DNA of 64,000 nucleotides from Psilocybe cubensis (Eukaryota): NCBI GenBank assembly GCA_017499595.2, contig CM039008.1, positions 2,480,001 to 2,544,000 of the forward strand, read 5' to 3'. Shown piece by piece: positions 54,023 to 64,000 of this stretch (position 1 is its first letter; each line of letters starts with the position of its first letter). The notes under the pieces were generated by a model. It saw only the letters and a program-made list of their open reading frames with translations, ran no database searches and was not told where the DNA came from. The position numbers and the translations under genes were made by a program.

Positions 54023-56086
54023 ATGCGACTCATCAACACAAAAACGTTCCAAATAGAGGACTTCTGGAGCAACATTCCTGTGTACGCTATCCTTTCGCAC
54101 ACATGGGAAGAAGAAGAGGTTACATTCCAGGAGATGCAGGCCCTCAGCAGATGGATCAAGCGAAAGAAAGGTTTTAAGAAGATCCAAAAAACCTGCGAGC
54201 AGGCTCTAGCCGATGGCTTTACATACGCTTGGGTCGATACGTGCTGCATTGATAAAACCAGCAGCAGCGAGCTATCGGAAGCCATCAACTCGATGTATAA
54301 ATGGTACCAACAAGCTGAGGTTTGCTACGCTTACCTCACGGACGTTTCAGCGAGCGACAATCCATTCAACCAGAAATCACAGTTTCGGGAATGCAGGTGG
54401 TTTACAAGGGGCTGGACGCTACAAGAGTTGATCGCGCCGCTGAGCGTGGTGTTCTACGACAAAGATTGGATCGAAATTGGGACAAAATCCAGTTTGTGCA
54501 AAATCATCACCGAAATTACCAATATCAGCAAGCAGGTCCTACTCGTAAACCATGGCGGCGAAATAAGCATTGCCGCAAGGATGTCATGGGCCTCTAATCG
54601 GAAAACAACGAAAGTGGAAGATATGGCGTATTGCTTACTCGGACTATTTGGGATCAACATGCCTATCTTGTACGGCGAAGGCCAAGACGCCTTTTCTAGG
54701 CTACAACGAGAAATTATTGGGACGTCGGATGACCAGACCATTTTTGCATGGGCAGGAGGCCATGGAGGCACCGGGGTTGCAGGTCTACTAGCCAAATCTC
54801 CTAAAGACTTTGCCCCTTCATCGCATTTATCGCATATCAAGGTAGACACAAACAGGTCTCCTTACAGCATCACCAACGTTGGACTATCGATCGAGCTACC
54901 ACTCCAACCTGTCAGCGGTAACGCCAATCAATACAAAGTTCTGCTCAACTGTTTGAGTGGCGGATCGCTAGTAGGAATATACCTGATCAAAGACAAAGAG
55001 GGACAGTATGTACGCACACGTACTACAGAAACATTCACGGACACCGCCGACAACCTTCAACGATACAAACGCGAGCGCATCTACATTAAAGAACCCGTTC
55101 CATCCCGTTTTGACGTTACACAATGGATGAAACCACGCCGCGACTACGAATTCTTCATCAAGTCAATGCCAAGTGCCCAAGTCCATGGCTTCACTGCGAC
55201 ACAGTTTTATCCTCCACCCGGCACAAATGCCGTGGAGTGGTCCGCACTTCCCAAATCCCAGCATCGTTTGACGATAGGTCATAGTGGCACATCAGGCGGC
55301 ATACTCTTTGAGAGTAAAACCGGTCGATATGAACGCTTTGTCGTCATGCTTGGACTGCACAACTACAATGTATGGTGCGATGTCTACACCAACGTCGGCC
55401 AGTCTGACACACTCGAGGGAATTGCTAAGTCGTACTACAAAGATAACCAGGTCAAGCTTTGGGATAACCTCGACCGTGCCTGCAAGCAACTTACCCTGCA
55501 CGACAAATACGTAGTTTTATCCGCCCGAAAGGGTGTCAAACCAGACAAGCAAGGTGAATTCCAATACACGGTTGATATAACAGTTACCAGCAATCCTCCA
55601 CCCGTTGGTTCCATCGGCAGATCTGGTGGTCTAGAACTGGGGATGTCTAATCCGGCGTATGTTTTTCATGTCATGTTCGACCCAACCTGGGAAGTTACCT
55701 CGCTGCCGGCATTCGAGTCCATTGCATGGCACCGCCAGAAGGACAAGTCTCTGACATTAGCACTAAAAAACAGTGGCATTTCAGGTATCGTTGTTCTTCG
55801 TGATTCGGTCACCCAAGCGGTAGTAGCGATTTTGCTCGGTATCCACAATTACAAACCTTGGTCGGATATTGTGACGACCATCAAAAACGACGAAGGAGTG
55901 GAAGATGAGGCCAAAAACGTCAGAAAGCTGTATTACACCAACGTGCCCGGCAATCTAAACCATAGGCTTTGGGCTTGGGATACGGACTTAGAGAAGTCCG
56001 TCAACAAAAATTTGTCTGTGAGGGTGGTGACGAAAGAAGACGCGAAGGATTCATTTGCGACGAACATTCAAATCACGCGACTTTGA
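54023..56086 (+). CDS. HET-domain protein with two C-terminal fungal fruiting-body lectin (actinoporin-like) domains, 687 aa, intronless
   Basis: MRLINT..YAILSHTW, WVDTCCIDKTSSSELSEAINSMYKWY, WFTRGWTLQELIAP, EDMAYCLLGLF, DQTIFAW; then two repeats LT(I/L)xxxSGxSG...LG(L/I)HNYxxW(C/S)D(V/I)xT...YY. Confidence 0.92.
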   Translation: MRLINTKTFQIEDFWSNIPVYAILSHTWEEEEVTFQEMQALSRWIKRKKGFKKIQKTCEQALADGFTYAWVDTCCIDKTSSSELSEAINSMYKWYQQAEVCYAYLTDVSASDNPFNQKSQFRECRWFTRGWTLQELIAPLSVVFYDKDWIEIGTKSSLCKIITEITNISKQVLLVNHGGEISIAARMSWASNRKTTKVEDMAYCLLGLFGINMPILYGEGQDAFSRLQREIIGTSDDQTIFAWAGGHGGTGVAGLLAKSPKDFAPSSHLSHIKVDTNRSPYSITNVGLSIELPLQPVSGNANQYKVLLNCLSGGSLVGIYLIKDKEGQYVRTRTTETFTDTADNLQRYKRERIYIKEPVPSRFDVTQWMKPRRDYEFFIKSMPSAQVHGFTATQFYPPPGTNAVEWSALPKSQHRLTIGHSGTSGGILFESKTGRYERFVVMLGLHNYNVWCDVYTNVGQSDTLEGIAKSYYKDNQVKLWDNLDRACKQLTLHDKYVVLSARKGVKPDKQGEFQYTVDITVTSNPPPVGSIGRSGGLELGMSNPAYVFHVMFDPTWEVTSLPAFESIAWHRQKDKSLTLALKNSGISGIVVLRDSVTQAVVAILLGIHNYKPWSDIVTTIKNDEGVEDEAKNVRKLYYTNVPGNLNHRLWAWDTDLEKSVNKNLSVRVVTKEDAKDSFATNIQITRL

Positions 56087-56305
56087 CTGTTTAGCGTTTA
56101 GATTCAGCGTTTAAGGAATCGCAATGTAGCAATTAACAAATTTCATTATCCAACGGACTCGACTCGTAAGTTTAATGTCCATGAGTTAATCAATAACGAT
56201 AAGATTCGCAAATGCATGTGCTTAACCATATCTTCGCATCGTGTCAAATATAACCCTAACCACTGAGGAATAAACGAGAGCCTTAATGTTCAAGGCAAGA
56301 AATAT

Positions 56306-57355
56306 CTACTGCACGACTTCGGCAGCAGCGGGAGCCTTTTCCACATCTGCGGTGTCCGACATAACTGGACTCGAATCCTTCCCGGAGAGCGCAGATGGGG
56401 GCGGACGAGGTACCTTTTCCTTCCTCGGGACAAGGCCATCAGGATCATGTCTGTGGCCCGGGTCACGCTTTGGGAGTGCCGCCAATTCTTCTGCCGTCAG
56501 TCCATACTTCTTTGGGCCTGGGGAGCGCGACATTTTGACTTGACTTGCAGCGATGAACAAGGCACTGGTGCAAACAAACACCGCAAGCCACGAAAACCAG
56601 AGGAGAATGATCGAATTTCGCACTGGATGAATGAAATGTACATATTAAGCCACCAACGGACAAAACTAAGAGCAGGATGGTGCGTACAATATTTGATTGG
56701 GCGATAGGCTGCCCTGAGATCGTCAATGCGAAGTGTTCCGACGTCTCCTGATATGACCACTCTCGGGCGGCCAGTATTGTAGAATGCGGTCTCTGCGACG
56801 AGGGTTATGAAGAGCCAGCCAGTCCACGCCATGAGGAACACAGCTTGCGACATGATATATTGTCCATATGACCTACGAGGCCAGACTGTGTATGCAATAA
56901 ATCCAGCCGTGGTGACGACGATTCCGAAGCAAGCAACAACTGAGAGCATTCCGGTGACATAAACGTCTGTGTAATTGGGAGCACGTTGATTAGTAAAGGA
57001 AGGCTGTATATAAGAAATAACATACTGTTGATATCAATGGTGACTCCCATGTCAGTCGTAGAAACCAGCCTCCCTTGAGCATCAACCTGATTGTTGAGTT
57101 TGATAATAGCATTTAATCCTGGGAAGCAAAATTTCATCTGTTAGCTAACGGGGTACTAAGTGAGCGGATAGATGAGAACGCACCAACTCCGGCACCTGCA
57201 GCGCAGAATGCGAATGCGACAAATAAGAAGAAGACCCTCCGCTTGATCCAGGGAAGCTTCAAGTTAGCGCTATCACGCTCGCGCTCGACTCGGGTGGTCG
57301 TCGTAGCAGTCTCGCGGTCAGTTTCAGACCGGGCGGTATATGCGACCTCGGACAT
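56306..57355 (-). CDS. Hypothetical four-transmembrane (MARVEL-like) protein, 4 exons
   Basis: Four hydrophobic segments across ORFs 57134-57355, 56805-57137, 56497-56949 and 56306-56623 joined by GT-AG introns; charged C-terminal tail. Confidence 0.65.
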
Positions 57356-60109
57356 TTCTTGATCACCACCGCAGCCTTATCAGAAACAGGGGAATATTAA
57401 AAAGGCTCGTAAAAGAGTAGGAAACAAGGGAAAGCCAGGCAACGTAGCCCTGAGACTTCAGCGAGGACGAAGAGAGGAAATTAAACCTCGCAAGGACCAG
57501 CGCACGGGCATTATATGGCATATTTGCGAACAATAGAACGCCGCTGCAATTCACATTTCTTCATTGGTATGGACTCGAGCGAATGATATCAAGGTCCGCA
57601 CGCCGCAGAGGGCCAGTCCTCCGGTTAGGACATGCATTGGCAATTGCGGACCAAAAAGAAAGCAGTAAGTGACCGGACGACGGATTTCAAGGCCTCAATG
57701 TCGAGCACTATAGTTTAGATACGTTCAACTCCTGAATATTTCATGCCTGGAGTGTCGTTGGAGGCAGTTACCACGACTAATCCATGGTATTCTGTCAGGC
57801 CAAAGCTTTGAGCGTAGTCCCAAAAAAGGTGGTGATCGGCCGCCCAAGACAAGTAAAGTGCGCAAGCGGTCCATCTCCCCCAGCCCCAGAGCCTGTCTTT
57901 CCTGCATTTTATCACCGTACATCACGAAAAAGGCAAACAGAGACGCTCAAAAAAGGCCACGAAGAAAAGGCTCATCACTGATATGTATAATTATATATGA
58001 GCGCGCGAAAGTTGGAACCAAGAACAAAAATGCGGTACCTGAGACCTTCGTCTTTATGCACATTGAAGAGTTGATGGTCACATCCCTCACATAGCCGGAC
58101 AAGACAAGACAGCCATAATTGTCGTCCTCTCCACATGTGACGCTAAGCAGCTCGAAGTAGTAATGGCCGTGCTTATCCTAGTAAGACAATGGGCGCAAGC
58201 CAATATCCATTCCAGCGTCAAAAGTGGGATTTAGCAGTGAGTTTTGATTTGCCAGGTTGAATAAAGGGAATGAGGAAAATCGAAGAGCGCGAGAACCGAC
58301 GAAGGAGATGGCAGTTGTAGCGCTCTGACACAGAAGATGATTGCTGTCCAATAGCAAGAACGCCCTAAAAAACCCCAACTTCGTCAATCACGCCGCTGTA
58401 CCAAAGCCGGAGATAAGACGCGTATGCTGAACAAGATAACAAAATAACGTTTGCCTGTCAAATCTCCTCTCGTTCGAAACTTGACTAGAAGCACCTGCAT
58501 GTCTGCGCAACGGTTTAAAAACAGTTTTACCAGCGTCCGACTTGTCCAAATATTGTTTCATTGGACAAACTTGGACCAAACCTATTACATTATTTGCCGT
58601 CTAGTGCCAAGTCAGCATCGAGTTTGAGCCAGTGTCATTGCCACCTGGTACCGTTTCCGCTGCCAATGAGGTGTTGATTCTGCTGAATTATCTGACTTGA
58701 AGTCAGAATCGATCCGAGAATCCAATCTTGCAGAAGTGACTGCGAAACGAGGCTGACGGCGACCCCAACCAGTAATTTAATCCAGTCCGAAGACTAGTCG
58801 CTTAGCAGCACGCGGTGCTCCAATTCGAAAACATACTGTCAGGCTGTTAGGAAGCTGGTTAGAGTGTGAAGGGTGTGAAGGATGTCCGGAACATCGATTG
58901 TGATTGCACCGCCCAAATCTTCTCCACTGGTGGCATCACATGAGCCATCAGCTGAGCCCTGCTCCTGAACCCCGGAGCTGCCGCTGCAATCTGCGGTCAG
59001 TATATAACCATTTGCTCGTCGAAAAAAAGGAAGTCGACGTGAGCGAAAAGTAATCAAATATATTTCATTTCAAGCTGTAAAAGCGGGGACCCGCCCACCA
59101 AGGAGAACCATGACGACAAACTTCGTCTCCCAATCTATGCCGAACACGAAGACCATGACGAGAAGGAAGTAGGGAGGCACCCTGGGTGGGATCCGACTAC
59201 AGATAAATAAAAAAGAGGCACGTAAAAAAAGTCAACAACCAAAAGACAGTCAGCACCCGTACCTGCTACCACTACCGCCAAATTGATAGACCGCAGAGAT
59301 AGTAGAGACTGGTCGGGCGTGTGTTCCAAGAAAGACAAATTACTAGCGCGAAAAAAAGTGAACCAAAAAGAGTAGAAAATATATACCCATTGCACGGATA
59401 TATAGAAAGGAGGGTGGGGTTTCACGGGTTAGAAAAGGATGGAGAGTTGCAAGAGTGGGTGTATAAAACTAGCCAGGATTGCTACAGACAAACAGTCGAA
59501 AAAGTAGAAGTAGAAAGGTACTACCTGAAAGAAAGAAGAAAAGATATAAATGACTAAAATGTAGTAAAATGATCAGAAGAATAGAACGTTAAACCGATAC
59601 GTAGGTGAAAGAGATAGAAAAAGAATAATCATCTCAATCCCCATGGCTCGAAATACAACGTAGAGTCATACAACAGAACATACATCGTTTGTGTACAGAC
59701 TTGGGTAGATTTAACAACAACAGTACCGAAAGCGACGGAGGCAGGAGGGAGGGGGCGACTTAAGAAGACCGTAACGATAGAAGCGCATAAAGGTGTGAAG
59801 GAAAGGAGAATAGTGAAACAACGATAGCACGACGACGAGGCGTTTAATGATCAAGAAAGGGACGTTATTTCGAGGGCAGAGGCCGTATGTGTTTCGTTTC
59901 GTAAGAATAGATAATCCAGGACAAACGTTATACCAAGAGAAGTTCTGAGATGTTACATCGAATAGCGGTTATCCATGCCGTTCCTGCCTAATAAACGGAT
60001 AAAGGTAGCATACGCGCAACCAGGGAATGTTGTGTTCGCGGTTTGAAGATAAATCAAATAAATAGGCATGATGACGGCGAAGATACAGGATACTGAAGTT
60101 GATGATTTC

Positions 60110-60907
60110 TCAAGCCTAAAAACAACCATATTCAACACCGAAAACGTAAAATCCACTAAAAATGATTACAAACCTCGGCGGCGGGAGCAGGAGTGGGTTC
60201 AGGAACGGCCTCAGCGGCGGCGGCCTCTGCTTCCGGTTCCTCAGCAATAGTCTCGTCAACTTTGGCAGCTGCAGTTGTTGGAGCAGCTTCAGCCTACAAA
60301 AGTGACATGGGTCAGCCTCGTATATACTCAGACAATAGATGACAGTGAAGATCATAAGCCAGATAGAGAGGGCCAGCAGCGTATAACCAGTACTAACCTT
60401 GGAAGCAGGCTTCTTGGATCCCGCTCGGGAAGGAGGCTTCGCTGAAGCAGCACGGGAAGCGGGCTTGGTTGCCTTAGATGCAGGTTTCACAGACGCCTTG
60501 GATGCAGGTTTTGCGGATGCCTTTGAAGAAGGCTTAGCAGCTGCAGCAGAAGCAGGTTTGGATGAAGCAGGTTTGGCTTTAGATGCGGGTTTGGCCTGGG
60601 CGGGAATGTCTCAACATGTTATCGTCCGCCGACGGTTCAAAATGCCTACCTTTTTAGCGGCAGGCTCCTCTGCGCCCTCCGCAGCACCGTTTTGTTCATC
60701 AGATGCTTTGCGCTTCGTGCCCTTGGCCGATTTAGGCTTATCTTCTTTAGTTTCGTCGTCTTTGGCGACTTTCTTAGCCCTGGGCTTTGCTGGGGCCTTC
60801 TTGGGCGCAGGTTCTTCTTTTGGTTGTTCCTTGATACGACTTGAGCGACGAGGGGCAACAGCATCCCCAGACTCAGTGGTAGCAGCAGCAGCAGCTTTGC
60901 GGGGCAT
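60110..60907 (-). CDS. Small Lys/Ala/Pro-rich basic protein with acidic tail (HMGN/H1-like chromatin protein candidate)
   Basis: MPRKAAA...PRRSSRIKEQPK...KGTKRKAS; exon 2 is a KPAS(K/R) repeat; exon 3 is Glu/Ala/Pro-rich; probable last coding exon GCT TGA at 60110-60115. Confidence 0.75.
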
Positions 60908-63066
60908 ATTTGAGGGGAGGAAAAAAAGTGAGGGAATGGGGGGGATAAAATGGGGGTTAAGGAAGAGACGCGTTTGGGTTCGCCCAAATCGATTCAACAC
61001 ACCTTTGTTGATCCCGCCATATCATTTTCTCATCACGTGCTTCGTGTCAGATCACGCCCTCGCGTCATTTTGAACTCCGCGAAATGGCATAAACGCCATT
61101 GAGATAACATGGCGTGTATCCGGATAACATCCTCAAGTCGGTGCCTGAATATGTTTTAGAAATCAGACTGATAGCTCTGATAAGAATTTTGGCTCACAGA
61201 GAGAATTTCTCAGGGAATGAGAGTATGAACACATTCGATCTAAGCCACAGTGTCCTCGGTCACTGCTAGAATGCCAGCTCAAATGATTGTTTGTAGTACT
61301 ATATTTGTGTGGAGACTCTGGCATATTGGAGGCACTAGATATAGTACTAATGCCAGTTAGTGCCAGTTAGCTTTGTCATCGCCAAGATTGCAACATAAAG
61401 CACCTAGACTACCTTTTCAATCTTACACCATTCTTGGGAACCACTGGTCGACGCGCCCGTGCAATACACGCAAAAAAAGTTCCCAACAGATATAGTTCAT
61501 TGCTTACTATCTTAATCATAGGCCTTTATATCTGATAAAGTATGATTGCTATCCCGTAGGAAAGCTACTCAACTCCCCCCCCCAGTAAGTTATCATCACC
61601 GCATTGACGGCGTACTGGAACGAAAAACCTCTTCAAAAGTGGAGCAAGGAATGATAGCATGATGGGACATTCGAATCATTCAACCACTCACCCAATAATA
61701 CAAAAACCTCCACTGATCACTTCCGACTCACCGACGCTATCACTATGACCCCAAAGCCTAAATTTAGGCTGCCAATTGCCTCCCTGACACACGCTGTCAA
61801 ATCAGGTATTTCTGGCAGAGGGAACATTTCATCGGACTCAGAATATATGGAATCATGACGCACAAGCGGGCGGAGACGCCCGTGATGCCATGATCCTTTA
61901 CAATACGTAGCCCCTATTTCGGTTTTGGGGACCGTTTCTACAGCTTCAAGGTCAATTCGGCTGAAAGTGATATAACTGGAAACATCCCAAAATCAGGCAT
62001 CAAACCGAAACCGAATAAGTATACCAACAAAGCTACAAAACCACGAAGTTGGTCCTTTCTCCTCGAGACAGCAGGTCGCATCAACTTGAGACGACTCTAG
62101 TAAGAGTCCTCCAACGATGTCGTGACATTTCAATGGAATAAAAGGCAAAAATCTACACATACACCTCAGTATCACTTAGAAGTATATTTTATTTTAGATG
62201 CTAAGGTTGATGGATTCGTTTTGATAGAGTCAGGGGTTACTACCCCACACCCACCTCCGGGGCGACAAACCATATTGCAAATGGGTATCCGTCAACTTCC
62301 CACTTCTCTCCGCTATATACACAACCCACATACAGTAAAAGAATACCCTAAGGCTTAAGAAGTGGTTAGCATCTTATTCCGAATTTTATCGCCGATATTC
62401 CAAATACCTTTAGCACCAACAGTATGTATGGCATCATCCACTGTCATCCGCGGTTCAATTGCCAAAAAAAGACCAGGGCGCTCCGGCGCTCATCGCAGAT
62501 CAAACTCTCGAGTCCTCGACATCTAATTTCATCTAATGCATTTACAAAAGGTTGAAATAACGGAACCTAATGCGGTAACAAAATATGAATAAGAAATTAG
62601 ACAAACCTTGAATACCATATTCATATAAGTTAACAGTAAAGATTACATCAGTCCGATCTATAGCAGGTATTTGACACGCGAGTCAGCGGCAAGATGAAGC
62701 AAAAGAAATTTCTACACTATCGGCCAACCTTCCCAAAACCTCACATAATGTTACCCAACACAATACTGAAGTCGTTCTAGATGCTTGAGCACGTCCTTCC
62801 ACTTATTCACGTATGTAAGAATGCAAAAACGAGACATTACGTTATTGGTATATGGGTAAGTGTGTATAGAGGTTGAACAGGGGGAGGTGGGCAAGGAAAT
62901 AGAACTATATTACTCCGAAAGGTATAATTTACAACTGTATAGTCAAACAAAACATCTCCAATAAACGAACAACAACATCATGTGTGTGTATATGCGTAAA
63001 GCGTGGTGGGCGCATGGGCGTGAGTGCAGGTGGTAATAGTGTGAGTGCAGGGTGTTGGTAGTGTGT

Positions 63067-64000
63067 TTAATTGGTGAAAAGCATGCGGTATATCCGGACG
63101 TGCAAAGGAGCACGGGCGCGCTCAGCGCGGTATTCACGCATTTCCTCAACAGTTAGCCAACTCTTGCGACCAGTCTAAGATTAAAAAATTAGCGTCAACA
63201 ATCTAAATACAAAATCAGACGAATATAAACTCACGTCGAGGTCGATCTCGTGGGATCGTTGAGGAAGGGTACGCTTCCAGGCATATCCAACAACGTAGAA
63301 TAGAATCATGATAGGGAACGCCAGGTAGGCCGCTGGAAAGAAACGTTAGGAATATAGTTGTAAGTGTGCGCAGCGCGAAACTCACAGAAGAAGCCTTCGG
63401 CGACCGCTTTAGGATCAGGAGACATGCCACCGATGGGCCACAAAGCCTGAAACCATAATCGTGAGATTCACATCATGGATGCGCATCAAAATATGACTTA
63501 CAATATAGAACTGGGCAATGAGGACGATCACAATAAGGGTAACACCAAGCCAGGATCCGTACACGCCACCGAGAGCACGGTAGGGAAGTTCCTCAAGGGA
63601 ATGACCCTGTACAATCCATGCCTTTCGGAAGCGGATGCTTAAGAAAAAAAATGATAAGAAACCATCTTTGAAAGAAAAGACAGAAATACGAACTGGCACA
63701 AGCAGATTGACAACCAACTGAAAAGGGTGGAAAGACCAGAAAGGGCGAGAAGCCAATTGACTATGAGCAAGTTAGGATATCAATTGACAGAGTCAGAAAA
63801 AGAACACGCACAAACAACGTCTCCAGCACCGTCAGAGGCACAGTTGGCGTAGGCAACGGGACCAAAAGCCAGGATGGCAAGGACGGAGAAAAGGGGTCGA
63901 CTGGACTTGTCAACTGGGTAGGATTTAAGTCACAAATGCGGTTGACATTCAAAAGAGATCAACACACCATAGGTGAAAATCTTAGGAGCGTAACCCGTCT
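63067..64000 (-). CDS. Amino-acid permease (YAT/Gap1-like), 3' part only
   Basis: [52 protein letters not shown], ends RIYRMLFTN*. Confidence 0.9.

Noticed and set aside
59100-60100. Strongly purine-skewed tract with short ORFs
   Set aside because: Consistent with a long pyrimidine-rich 3' UTR or intergenic region of the minus-strand gene at 60110-60907; no coding signal
60399-61073. 224-aa plus-strand ORF with AGL/AGF repeats
   Set aside because: Antisense shadow of the KPAS-repeat gene, whose splice sites are on the minus strand

Overview
Intron-rich eukaryotic DNA from a fungus, most likely an agaricomycete mushroom (inferred from ~50-60 nt GT-AG introns and the gene repertoire). The ORF track only shows exon fragments, so gene models were rebuilt by reading splice sites by eye. 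The window holds about 26 protein-coding genes: GH55 glucanase (5'-truncated), hemerythrin-like protein, DHA1 MFS transporter, SAE2/CtIP, RPP1, a TupA-like binding protein, a MYND-finger protein, two SDRs, a J-protein, an AGC kinase, a secreted GH1, two tandem FAD monooxygenases, ATG13, an amino-acid permease (5'-truncated) and several hypothetical proteins. It also holds one intron-containing tRNA-Glu(TTC) and a complete but dead 4.16 kb hAT transposon with TIRs and a perfect 8-bp TSD. The most interesting locus is an intronless 687-aa gene (54023-56086) fusing a HET cell-death domain to two tandem fruiting-body-lectin (actinoporin-like) domains, a candidate glycan-sensing fungal immune receptor with no NOD module. 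Also notable: a 3-nt microexon behind a GC donor inside the GH55 catalytic motif, an HMGN-like chromatin protein, an orphan tungstate-binding-protein homologue, and two hidden four-TM paralogues with identical intron phases. All family assignments come from motif recognition, not database searches.
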